From the NCBI GenBank assembly GCA_964016885.1, contig OZ024740.1:223820001-223884000 (forward strand): DNA of 64,000 nucleotides. Direction: 5' to 3'. The notes beneath the pieces are model-generated. The model had not been told where the DNA came from, made no database searches, and saw nothing but the letters and a program-made list of their open reading frames with translations. Position numbers and translations under genes: made by a program. The stretch is from Eledone cirrhosa (taxonomy: Eukaryota). Shown one piece after another: positions 1 to 11,960 of this stretch. How positions within the stretch are numbered: the first letter of the stretch is position 1; every line of letters starts with the position of its first letter.

Positions 1-1920
1 ACAACTGAAATTATTTTGTTGCTGATATCCAGGTGATTTATGGGGGTAATGATTTTTACATATGTGCAGACATCACCTTTCAGACTGAAATTAGTCTATG
101 AAATGTAACCTGATCAACAGAACTAGGTAGGGAGATAAAGTGTGGCTGATTTGAATTGAGTTTCATTATGAAGGATGGTGTGAAATTTGTCTGTTACTAA
201 GAGGTGATATGTGGGGCCTTGTTTTGAACAAAACCTATGAATATGAGGAAGAATTGTCTTGTAAATTAAATTGTGCATTATTCATAGTTGATTTCATTTC
301 AAGAAATTGTTGATTTATATAAAATGTTTACTAAGGAAATCACTTTTCATATTAGTCAGTAGTTCTACATATTAATCATATAACTGTTAAAGAAAGTACA
401 TTACAGTGACATTTTAAATGGGTAAATGGATAAATCCTATTTTGTTGTGTTTTGAGTAGTAATATTTGGAAAGAAAAGTCAGAAAATGTTTTGTAAATAA
501 CATAAGATAGATCTTGAACTAAGAGTGAATGTTCAACAAATAATTGACATTAGTGATTCCTAAAACTTCACAATACAGTTTGTAATGTAATTGAATAATT
601 CTTATATAAACTTCGAATAAATATTGGAACAATTCTATAGACCTGCTTTGGATTTGATTAATGGTACTGATAACTTCCATAATTTGGGATCTTAATATTT
701 GTAATAGTCTATGTGAAATTCCTGGCATAGCACTGGTCAGTTTTGCATATCATCAATGTCATCCTATATTCAATAAGCAGAAAGTATAATAAATGATATC
801 TCTTTTGTAATGTTAAGCTGTTGATAATTCAAGATGGCAGCTTTCATTCTAGATTATGCACATTATAAATCAACAAAACCTGACTCATTTATTTAGAATC
901 TAGGGAATTATTTACATATTAGTTATGTATGCCCATGATTAGAATTGCACACATATAAGCTTATAGACATAATAAAATAATCATTCTTTTAATTTTATCC
1001 ATTTAAGCCAATATTTAAATGATATGCAAATATATGCTATTTATTATAATGGCATTAATCATAGCTAGGCATTATCTTTATGTATTTTTAGCAAGAAACT
1101 AGCATTTTGGAAAAGTAATTGTTGAAATAGATATTTTAAACACTAGACAATACAATTAATGCAGAGATATTTTATAAATACATCCTTTATTTTATTCATA
1201 AAGTTTTATTAAAAGAAAAGAAATATTTAGAAATTGTCATAGATTGATAAATCAATATATATCGTATAAACAAAATGTTACTACATTGTATATGCCATGT
1301 GTATTTTGAGAAGTATTAATTATATTAATACTGAATATAATTGTTTTGTTTCATAAATAAAGGGAGTCAACTTCAGAAATGTTACCCAGATTAATCTTCA
1401 GGAGATAATATATGATAAACTGATATGCACGTATTTGGTTTTAAAAACGTTTTCATATAAAATGTTATAATCTCATTTTGTTATGCATGCACATTTTAAA
1501 GGCTTACATGTGATTTAAACAAGATCAAATGATTTAATGTTGAATTTTTAGGAAGTCTATACACATTGTGGGCCACTGAGGGCTCTGTGGACCATATGTT
1601 TTATATGTTGAAGCATATATATTTATTATTTTATTAATTAGATTGCCTAACAAATGCATGTTGAAATTAGATTGATTATTTCAGCTATATTATACACCCT
1701 TAAAATATACAGGAATGCTTTGAAAAAGTTCCTCTGGGGACAGAATCATAGGAATAGCATACTTGATGTAATAAGCCAAAAAATGAAATTAAGTGAAACA
1801 ACATATTTTTCAAGTCATTCTAATGCTGATGAATTCTAATAAGACTAAATTATGTATAGAGTTGTCTCCCTACTGCTAAATATCAGACTGATCCTCAGCC
1901 TCACTGCATTTCATTATACA

Positions 1921-2545
1921 TTTCTTCTTCTTCTTCTTCTTCATTGCCCACTTATTCCTGAGAGGGTTGTGGGGGAAGAGTCCTCAAACACTCCTTGCAG
2001 TAGGCATTTGACTCCAACTGGATCTGCCAGCTTGACCGACTAAGCTCATGGATGTTATCCAACCATCTTACTTGGAGTCTACCCCTGGATCTCCTTCCTG
2101 TTGGTTTTGCCCATAAAATCTGTCTAGCGATTCTAATCACATTCTAATGTTATTGGAGCTGTAATCTCTCAATTTGGAGATATAGCAGCTCTATCTGGAG
2201 TGACTTTCTGATATCCAAGCTACCCATTTTATCAAATAATATTATTCCAAAGATGCTTTGGAGGAATTCCATTTTGGCCGTTTGTATTTACGATCATATT
2301 CTTTTCGTTATTACCCAAGATTCATGACCGTAGGTAAGGGTTGGCATAAAAACAGAACTGAAGATAGTGAGTTTGGGTTTTATGCCTATCTCCCTTCTTC
2401 TGATTACTAACTGCTGAAGCTGGCGCATTACTGCATTACTGCACTAGCTTTTGCAATTCTTCTTCTTAATTCAGCCTCTTGCCTTCTATCATATGCTTCA
2501 GTGGAACTCCATTCATATGTAGCATGCACTATGCAGGCTTCCTGA
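1921..2545 (-). mobile_element. 5'-truncated, decayed RTE-clade LINE (family C, (GAA)n tail)
   Basis: Minus ORF 1952..2140 ILWAKPTGRRSRGRLQVRWLDNIHE is an RTE RT C-terminus; upstream remnants of LTYGHESW; (TTC)n at 1921-1942 is the tail; similar copies at 29060, 30403, 31910, 50500. Confidence 0.8.
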
Positions 2546-2700
2546 TAATTATAAATAGGCAAAAGTTCAAGGTTTTTATAATAATGATTGTTTTTTCACT
2601 GTGTAATTCTTTAAGGTTATTTAATAAAAATTCTTGCTATAATATATTTCACATTTCCTATATATGAATATATATATATTTCCTATATATATATATATAT

Positions 2701-4200
2701 CTAGGGCTGGTAAAATTCCCGAGATCCATGGACGAGTTCTCTCCAGCTGTCTCTGTCCCTCATTATCGCTGCCATGTCCAGCGTCTCCAACAGACCAGTG
2801 TCTGTCCTTAGGGCATCAACATATGTTAACGTCAGTCTTCCTCTTCCTGTATGTCCATGCAGGGACACCCACAGGAGCACTGAGTGCAGTGTCAACTCTG
2901 GATGTCGGTGAGCATGTTCAGCTAACCTTAGTCTCCTCTGTGTCACTTTTGAGCTGACTTTTGGGAGGCTCCCGTACAGTTCTGTGTTTTTTGTCCTCAG
3001 TGTATACTGATTAATGTTCAGAGCCATCCTCAGCATTCTCATGTAGCACCCATCCACCATCTGAGTGAGTTTCTTAGTCAATGTCCAAGTCTCAGACCCG
3101 TACAGCAGCACAGACTCCACTACAGCAACAAAGAGGCAGATATTCAGGTCTTTACAAAGGTCCGACTTCCACACCGATCTCAAGCTGTGGCACGCCGCCC
3201 AGGCTTTGCTCTTCCTCTCGATCACATCATCTTTTGTATTCCCAATCTTTGCTCCCAAATACAGGGAGTCCTCAACTAGCGGCTTCCCGCCTACATTAGT
3301 AATCATCTCTGGCCTCTTAATATTCTCTACCAGATATTTTGTCTTAATCTCATTCATTCTCAGCCCCACACCCATCGACACAGTCTCCATCTCCTGCATC
3401 AAATACTCTGCCTCCTTCACCGAGTTTGTCACCCGAACTCTGTCGTCGGCAAATTCAACATCCGATATTTTTTTTGCCTTAACTCTCCTGCTCTGAGCTA
3501 GTGTTACAGTAAAGCCAGAGTACTTGTGTTTCTCCAGCGCAAGGGGCATACAATAGTCCACTAGGATGATAAAAAGGTAGGGAGCCAATGTATCTCCCTG
3601 GAACACTCCAGCTAGTATCTCAAAGAACTCTGTCATCCCATCAGGTGTAATGATTTGGACTTTGGTGTTGGTGTAGAGCAGTGATACCAGGTCCACTAGC
3701 TTCTTGGGGATTCCATAAGCCTGTAAGATATTCATCAGGCTGTGACGGTCCACAGAATCAAAGGCTTTCCTGAAGTCAATGAAAACCATGACCACAGGAA
3801 GGCACTTTGCTCTAGCTCCCTCTAATACCCTCCTCAGCATCAGGGTGAGCTTGGTGGTTGATCTTCCCTCTCTGAAGCCATTCTAGTTGTCCGTGAGCTT
3901 CTCCATGTCGGGCTGGATCCTGTTAAGAATCATCCTGTTGAGGGTCTTTGCCATAAGTGACGTCAGTGAAATCCCTCTGTAGTTGTTGGTGTTAGAGAGA
4001 TCTCCCTTCTTTGGCACTGGGACAATGTTACTGATCCTCCATTGATTTGGAGCAATTCCTTTATCCAGTGCCTGGTTACAGAACTCCAGGATGATATCAT
4101 CAAAATCACACCTCTTCATCACCTCTGATGCCACTCCATCTTCTCCATGAGCCTTTCCCTCCTTGATCTTCTTCTTGGCTCTCTGAAGCTCCTCTCTGGT
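2701..4200 (-). pseudogene. Reverse transcriptase of RTE family B (frameshifted)
   Basis: ORFs 3883..4134 (PKKGDLSNTNNYRGISL) and 2701..3840 (FIDFRKAFDSV, GVFQGDTLAPYLF, FADD, LLYGSETWTL, RRLRLAEH); stop directly abuts (TA)n. Confidence 0.92.
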
Positions 4201-5407
4201 GCAGGGTCAGCTCATCACCATATTAGCAGTGAAAAACATGACCAATGCTGCAATAGGAGGGGTGGGTTTTATTTTCAGCACAAAAATCATATATTGGTGA
4301 GGAAAATAATACCTGTCTCCCCACGAGTGTTGAGGGTGACATTCAATGGAAACCCAAGACTGACAGTCATCTCAGCCTATAGTCCAGCCGAGGGAGACAG
4401 TGATGTGAGTGCAGAAGAGTTCACGAGGAGGTGTGTAGAGCTGTCAACACCACACCAGCTTGTTCTGGGGGACTTCAATGAACATCTGAGTATGGAGAGC
4501 AGTGAAGATCCTTGCTGGTACTTTCCTAACAACACCAACCGAAATAGAAGACTACTGAAAGAGACCCTGCTGGAGGTGAACTTGATAGCAGCCAGCCTAA
4601 GGTTTAGGAAGAATCTGGGGAAGATGTTGACCTACATCTTAGATCTGCACCTGTCCAAGTCCCAGATTGATTTCATTCTGGTGAAGAAAAATTAGTGGAA
4701 TAGTGTTCTGAACACAGAACCATACAACTATTTCAGTACACTGGGCAGTGACCACCGGCTTGTTATGAGTGAGGTCTGGGTGAGCTTAAGAAAGAGCAAG
4801 GCTCAGCCCTGGAGAGCAATCTATGACTGGGGAGGTTTCAAGGAAGTTGATAAGCTACAGGAGAGGTTCACAGTGGAAGTGAGGAACAGGTTCAGTGCTC
4901 TGTGTGGAGAGACAGAGGAGAGAGATTGGATGGACTGAGGAGAATGTGACGAGAAGGTATGTGGCGGAAGCAAGTGGACCCTGGTGCCGAGGAGAAAGAA
5001 CAAAAGGAAGCACATCAGCTCTGCAGACCCAAAAGTGTGTGCAGCCAGAGAACACCTGAAAGCTGCCAAAGACCAATTCTATGCTGCTCCTACGGAGGAG
5101 GGGAAGGAGAATGTGGAGGTGATGAGGGAAGAACTCTGTACTGCTTACACTGAGGCCAGAGAGGGGGCACTGATAGAGAAGATCAGAAGTGTGGAGAGAG
5201 TGGTTGGCTGGTGGATGTAAGGAGGGCTGGATGATCATCAACGAGATCACAAGGAGGAAGAGAAGGTGTTCGAGTCAGATCCAGGTAACAGGGCCCGAGG
5301 ATAGGAAGGGGAAATGGTTGGACTATTTTAGGACCATACTTGGAGAGCCACCCTCCACAGCTCCGAGCACTGGGGAGATCAGGTGGGTGTTTGAGGAACT
5401 GGATATA
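4201..5407 (+). pseudogene. APE-type endonuclease and linker of RTE family B (decayed)
   Basis: GGVGF, TVISAYSP, VLGDFNEH, SQIDFILV, LGSDHRLV motifs; ends at ...RWVFEELDI. Confidence 0.88.
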
Positions 5408-5431
5408 TATATATTTCTCTCTCTCTCTATA

Positions 5432-6793
5432 TGAACTTTCTTTCCTCAGCTTCCCTTCTTGCTAAGTACACTTGTCTCCTAGCTTCCCTCCTGGCCACTT
5501 GATAGTCTTCTCTACTTCCCCCATCCCGCCATACTTTCCAAGCCTGCTTTTTGGCCTTAATTGACCCCTCCACCTTACTGTTCCACCACCATGTTACTCT
5601 CCTCCTGCCTACAGGCCTGCTCCACCACAGACTTCGTCTGTCGCCAACAGCAGGTTTGCTTTCAGAAATTCCCACTCTCCCTCTATATTGTCCGACTCTA
5701 AATGTTCTTCCTTACTGTCGAAAGCATCAAGTAATATGCTTTGAAATTTATTCCTGGCTGTGGGGTCCTTTAGCTTCCATATTTTTCTCCTGAGGATAGT
5801 CCTCTTCTGCTGTCGAGTACGTCTCGTCCTGACTATGAGGTCGCTAATTATCAGTCTATGTTGGGAGGTGCATTCTTCATGGGGGAGGGATTTAGTGTTT
5901 ACAACAGACACTCTGTCACGTCTTCTGGTAAGGATATAATCTACCTGGCTTGTGTGTTCCCCGGATCTATAGGTGATCAGGTGATTGTCACGTTTTTTGA
6001 AGTTAGTGTTACAGATAGTTAGGTTATTTGCATCACAGAATTCCAGGATTCTGGAGCCTTCCTCATTTCTAGTACCAAACCCATAGCCTCCATGGATTTC
6101 GTCGTAGCCATCACAATGTTGTCCAACGTGACCATTTAGGTCGCCTGCGATAATTATATAGTCACTGTCGGATATTTGGGAGGTAGTTAGCATCAGTGTC
6201 TCATAGAATCTGTCTTTTATAGTGCCGGGCAGTCAGGATTGGGGTGCGTACGCAGATATTACTGTCACCGTAGTTCTATTGAGGACAAGTCGTATTTTAA
6301 TTATTCTGTCGTTCACTCTATTTACGTCTATTATCTTATCTGCCCACTTTTCTGCTACCATGATTCCTACTCCACCCAGCCCATCGTCGTTTCCCACCCA
6401 GAAAAGCTTATAACATCGTTTTTTACCCTCAATGAACCTAGCAGACCCACCCCTCCACCTGGTCTCTTGAATACAACAAACATCGACCTCCTTACGTTCA
6501 AGCATTTCTACAACCTCGTTAGCGCGACCCTTTAGGGTGCCTACATTTATGGTACCAACTCTGAAGTTTTGGATTGCGTTTGGGGGTTGGGGGCGGTGGG
6601 GGGAGGGGGGCGATGGGGTTATGTTAGCCGTCCGCGGTCGAAACAATGAGGAGTGCTCGCATTCTCGTCCAAGAGGTGAATTTGTCTTTATCTTTGGCAT
6701 TGTCGCTGAGCGTCCAGATTTTTCTCTCTCTCCTCCACCCTCCAGGAATCCGCAGTCCATCCATCCATCATATATCGAAAGGCAACCAGGCAA
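5432..6793 (-). pseudogene. APE endonuclease N-terminal half of RTE family A ORF
   Basis: GTINVGTL, CCIQETRW, GGVGI, ISAYAPQ, AGDLNGHVG, SQVDYIL, SQHRLII, TWWWN; one in-frame TGA at 6233-6235 and one frameshift near 5625. Confidence 0.92.
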
Positions 6794-6807
6794 GCGATAG
6801 TATAGGC

Positions 6808-6903
6808 CTCTGGCTTCTGATTGGTCCGCGTAATAATACTGGTGATGCGTGGGGGCTCTGGCTTATGATTGGTCCACGTAATAGCAATGGTGGTGCGTGT
6901 GGC
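6808..6903. promoter_or_regulatory. Two 48-bp repeats in the putative RTE 5'UTR, each with a CCAAT box plus CC(A/G)CGT (ERSE-II-like)
   Basis: ATTGGTCCGCGT at 6820-6831 and ATTGGTCCACGT at 6868-6879; the repeat is seen directly, the function is inferred. Confidence 0.4.
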
Positions 6904-7234
6904 GGGAGGGAGGGGTAGGTGTTGGGTAGCTAGATAGAAGGTAATGATTGAATGGGGTCCTTGCATTTAACAAGCGATTAACAAAAATACAAAATTTGTT
7001 CTGTTCAATACGACCAAAAACTTTCATATTTAACAATTAATAAATACAAAAAATGTAGATTGTTTTAGCGATAGATTGGCTATTTGGACTTGATACGAAA
7101 TATGGATTGTTTTGAAAATACGCTGGAATTAGGATTTGTGGAGGTAGAGATGAAGGAAAATATGTACATTACGTTACATGAATATCGTGGAGTAGACAGC
7201 AAAGCAATGAAATCTGGCGAAGTGAATTCCTATC

Positions 7235-7272
<38 letters not shown>

Positions 7273-7327
7273 GGGGTGGGTGGCCGCATGATGGTTGTGT
7301 GTGTTAGGCGTTTGACCGCCCCATGCC

Positions 7328-9226
7328 AGGGAAGCTAGGAGACAAGTGTACTTAGCAAGAAGGGAAGCTGAGGAAAGAAAGTTCAAGCATGTTCTACAAC
7401 GCGATGACCAAAAACGTGAGGTGTTCAGGATTGCTAGGCAATGCGTCAAGGAAAACCGTGATATTGTCGGGGAGAAGTGTGTACTAAACGACGATGGCAC
7501 ACTTGCCATCACCGACGCTGATAAGAAGGTAGCTTGGAAGTGTTACTACGAAAGGCTACTAAATGAGGGGAATAAATGGGAGAAAGACAGTCTCCCCCAT
7601 ATCGACCCAATAGAGGGACCAGCAGTGTTAGTCGAGGGGAGTATAATAAGTAAGGCAATCAAGGATATGAAGACGGGTAAGGCGGCTGGGCCTTCGGAAA
7701 TAGTTGCTGAGATGCTGAAGGCATCTGGCACGGTGGGACACACCATGGTCACCCGCATAGTTAACCAAGTCGTACAGAATGGGGTTGTTCCGAAGGACTG
7801 GCATAGCAGCATCATCGTTAACTGTTATAAGGGTAAAGGAGACGTCCTAGATAGGAGTAACTATAGAGGCATTAAATTAATCGACCAGGTCATGAAGGTC
7901 ACGGAAAAAGTAATAGCGCAACTAATCAGAGAGAGAATTGACCTAGATGAAATGCAGTTCGGGTTTGTGTCAGGCAAAAGTACCACAGACGCTCTTTTCA
8001 TTGTACGACAACTACAGGAGAAGTACCTAGCTAAAGGTAAACCCCTCTACTTAGCTTTTGTCGACTTGGAGAAAGCCTTCGACAGAGTCCCCCGCTCCAT
8101 TATCTGGTGGGCTCTTAGAAAACTAGGCGTTGACGAATGGCTTGTGAGGGCTATACAAGCCATGTATAAAGAAACAGTCAGCAAGGTTAGAATTAACAAC
8201 GAATATAGTGAAGAGTTTAGCGTAAAAGTTGGCGTCCATCAGGGCTCTGTTCTCAGCCCCCTACTATTTATTATTGCCCTTCAGGCTGTAACAGAGGAGT
8301 TCAAGACAGGCTGCCCATGGGAACTCCTATACGCAGACGACCTGACACTCATAGCGGAATCAATGGCCGAGCTAGAGAAGAAATTCCAAACATGGAAGCA
8401 CGGCCTAGAGTCAAAAGGACTTAAAATTAACCTGGCTAAGACCAAAGTACTAGTTTGTAGGAAAGAAAACAAGGCGGCGGTCCCTTATGGGAAATGGTCG
8501 TGCTCGGTGTGTAAGAAAGGCGTAGGTAGAAACTCCATTTTATGTCCTAAATGCAAAGTATGGGTGCATAAAAGATGTAGTGGGATCACAGGTAAGCTAA
8601 CTAAGAACATAGATTTTACATGTGGCCGGTGTTCTGGTGCAATAAGTAGCAGCAAGTGCCCACAAAATACTAGCTCTTTCAATTGCACAGAGGGTTCTAT
8701 AGAAATAGTGGACAGCTTCCGTTACCTGGGCGATAAAATCAGCAGTGGGGGAGGGTGCTCTGAAAGTACTGTAGCTAGAGTCAGAACTGGTTGGAAAAAG
8801 TTCAGAGAGCTTATACCACTAACAGCAATGCTGCATGGCAGTGAGACCTGGGCATTGTGTGCAGAGGATATACGCAGACTAGAGAGGAACGAAGCTTGCA
8901 TGCTCCGCTGGATGTGTAACAGTAATATACGTGAACGGCAAAGCATAAACGAACTAAGGAAAAAATTAGAGATAAGAGGGATCAGATGTTGTTTACTCGA
9001 GAGAAGGCTACGTTGGTATGGACACGTGATGCGCATGAAAGTCGATAGCTGTATAACAAAGTGCAGGGCAATAAAGATAGACGGTAGTCACGGAATAGGC
9101 AGACCTAGAAAAACCTGGGACGAGCTGATAAACTCCGACATCACACACTTACACCTCTCCAAGACAATGTCACTGGACCGAGACCTTTGGCGGTACTCAG
9201 TAACAGAGAAGACCCGCCTTACCTAA
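7328..9226 (+). CDS. RT with embedded PHD finger, C-terminal part of RTE family A ORF (open over 626 aa, N-terminally disconnected)
   Basis: YRGIKL, QFGF, FVDLEKAFDRVP, GVHQGSVLSPLLF, LLYADD, C4HC3 motif at 8501-8632, HGSETW, RRLRWYGHV; in-frame 20-codon deletion near 8821 relative to sister copies. Confidence 0.92.
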   Translation, partial: REARRQVYLARREAEERKFKHVLQRDDQKREVFRIARQCVKENRDIVGEKCVLNDDGTLAITDADKKVAWKCYYERLLNEGNKWEKDSLPHIDPIEGPAVLVEGSIISKAIKDMKTGKAAGPSEIVAEMLKASGTVGHTMVTRIVNQVVQNGVVPKDWHSSIIVNCYKGKGDVLDRSNYRGIKLIDQVMKVTEKVIAQLIRERIDLDEMQFGFVSGKSTTDALFIVRQLQEKYLAKGKPLYLAFVDLEKAFDRVPRSIIWWALRKLGVDEWLVRAIQAMYKETVSKVRINNEYSEEFSVKVGVHQGSVLSPLLFIIALQAVTEEFKTGCPWELLYADDLTLIAESMAELEKKFQTWKHGLESKGLKINLAKTKVLVCRKENKAAVPYGKWSCSVCKKGVGRNSILCPKCKVWVHKRCSGITGKLTKNIDFTCGRCSGAISSSKCPQNTSSFNCTEGSIEIVDSFRYLGDKISSGGGCSESTVARVRTGWKKFRELIPLTAMLHGSETWALCAEDIRRLERNEACMLRWMCNSNIRERQSINELRKKLEIRGIRCCLLERRLRWYGHVMRMKVDSCITKCRAIKIDGSHGIGRPRKTWDELINSDITHLHLSKTMSLDRDLWRYSVTEKTRLT

Positions 9227-9326
9227 ATATATAGTAAAACCTACTCCAGCCAGTAGGCATCTCTAACAAAATACACAAATTAAATTAAGTTTTTATCGAG
9301 GCAATGGTTAAAAACTTAATTTATGA

Positions 9327-9710
9327 ATGGATAAAAACTTAATTTATGAATGTAAAATTATAACTAGCACCAATTCCTTCACCTATTTTGGCTCCACTTC
9401 CACCTCTTTTAAAGCTCGTCTCTATAATCATCATTCATCTTTCAAATACAAACTTAAAAGAACTAACACGGCTCTCTCAGAACTCATATGGTCCTTAAAA
9501 GACAAAAACATTAAATATAACATCTTTTGGAAAAAGATTTCTTCTGCATCCTCATACTTGAACAGCTCTCTATCTAAAATCTGTAATCTCTGCCTAAATG
9601 AAAAATTTACCATTATCTCTAACCTAGAATCCATAATAAATAGACGCTCAGATTTGTTTTCTATCTGCCTGCATAAATTCCATAGAACTTTTCACAAAGT
9701 ATACAGTTAA
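9327..9710 (+). pseudogene. GIY-YIG endonuclease domain of PLE (Naiad-like)
   Basis: LIYEC...TYFGST..FKARLYNH..SF, ALSELIWSLK, CNLCLNEK, INRRSD...CLHK. Confidence 0.88.
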
Positions 9711-9766
9711 TGTTCAATTCTTTATCAATTTAGAATCTTTTCTCAAAGGCACATATACATACACCT

Positions 9767-10815
9767 CTTTAAAATATACCCATCTACCTTACTTTAAAGG
9801 GCATTATACACTCTATAATACTCGTTTACTCATTACCCTCATTCTATCTTCTCGTAAAACAATAACATTTGTTTTTGACATTTTGAATATTCATCCGCAA
9901 TCATTATTATTTTTTCTCTCTATCATAAATCTTTTTAATCTCAATTTCATCCTTAATTTATTATTATATATTTTTTTTAATATATACTCATATATTCTTT
10001 AAAATATACCCATCTACCTTACTTTAAAGGGCATTATACACTCTATAATACTCGTTTACTCATTACCCTCATTCTATCTTCTCGTAAAACAATAACATTT
10101 GTTTTTGACATTTTGAGTATTCATCCGCAATCATTATTATTTTTTCTCTCTATCATAAATCTTTTTAATCTCAATTTCATCCTTAATTTATTATTATTTT
10201 TTTTCTCCCCATCAACGAACTCATTATTAATACATATGAATTCAATATACAAACTTTAACTTCACATTATTTTTCTCAAATCCTTCTACACATAAACTTT
10301 TTTTCTCTTTGCTAATTTTGAAATTCCTACATTTCTTCTTTTAACGTTAGAATATTCACCCACAATTATTATTTTTTTCTCTCTATCTTCATACATAATT
10401 TCCCTTCGTTAATTTTCAAATTCCTTTAATTTATACATTATCTTCCAACGGTTCCCAACCTCTCTATATTAAAACATTATATCTTTTTCTCAGTTATAAA
10501 AACTATCTCTTTCTCTCTATCACCCATCTCTCCCTTTCCACCTTCACTCTCATCTCCTCCCCTTTTTTTCATCCTTTCCAACCCCCCCTCCCTAAATATA
10601 ATATATTTTTCCTCGCATATATCCTCCCTTCGTTAATTTTCAAAATTTTTAATTTATACAGTATCTTCCAACGGTTTTCAACCCCTCTATATAAAATATA
10701 TCTCCTCTCAGTTATAAAAACTATCTCTTTCTCTCTATCACCCATCTCTCCCTCTCATCTCCTTCCCTTTTCATCCTTTTCTCCCCCCCCCCTCTCTAAA
10801 TAAAATATTTTTCCC
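9767..10815 (+). repeat. Two tandem duplications in the PLE1 3' region (~230-bp and ~223-bp periods)
   Basis: 9767-9967 nearly identical to 9997-10197; 10403-10615 similar to 10626-10815. Confidence 0.85.
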
Positions 10816-10908
10816 AATATCACACATCAATCTAAAACCACTTTTCATATGTTGATTTAAAACTGCACTATCAACAAGTGTTTTTTTAGCCTTCATATCA
10901 TGTTCTCC

Positions 10909-10979
10909 TGTTTTATCTGATGAAAACACAAATATTATTGTTTGATGATGTTTGTTTTTGAAATGCGCATAATAAAATA
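10909..10979 (+). ncRNA. Type I hammerhead ribozyme, canonical core
   Basis: Stem I TGTTTTAT/ATAAAATA, CTGATGA 10917-10923, stem II ACAAATATTATT/GATGATGTTTGT (G-U pairs), GAAA 10960-10963, palindromic stem III TGCGCA, AUA cleavage triplet. Confidence 0.85.
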
Positions 10980-11008
10980 TATTGAACTCCTTTAACCATC
11001 TTTTGATC

Positions 11009-11960
<952 letters not shown>

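Larger units (their letters stand above)
2701..5407. mobile_element. RTE-like LINE (family B) with inverted 5' half, inserted in (TA)n
   Basis: RT half on minus (2701-4200) and APE endonuclease/linker half on plus (4201-5407), head-to-head; (TA)n on both flanks. Confidence 0.9.
5432..9276. mobile_element. Near full-length RTE LINE (family A) with inverted 5' portion; 3'UTR cut by a PLE
   Basis: Endonuclease and putative 5'UTR on minus (5432-~7230), RT on plus (7328-9226); 58 bp shared in both orientations (5432-5489 / 7328-7385); 3'UTR matches the copy at 38912-39400 up to 9276. Confidence 0.92.
9277..11008 (+). mobile_element. 5'-truncated Penelope-like element 1 (GIY-YIG C-terminus, 3' region, HHR)
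   Basis: GIY-YIG ORF 9327..9710, duplicated 3' segments, hammerhead at 10909-10979, AATAAA, then (TA)n. Confidence 0.85.
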
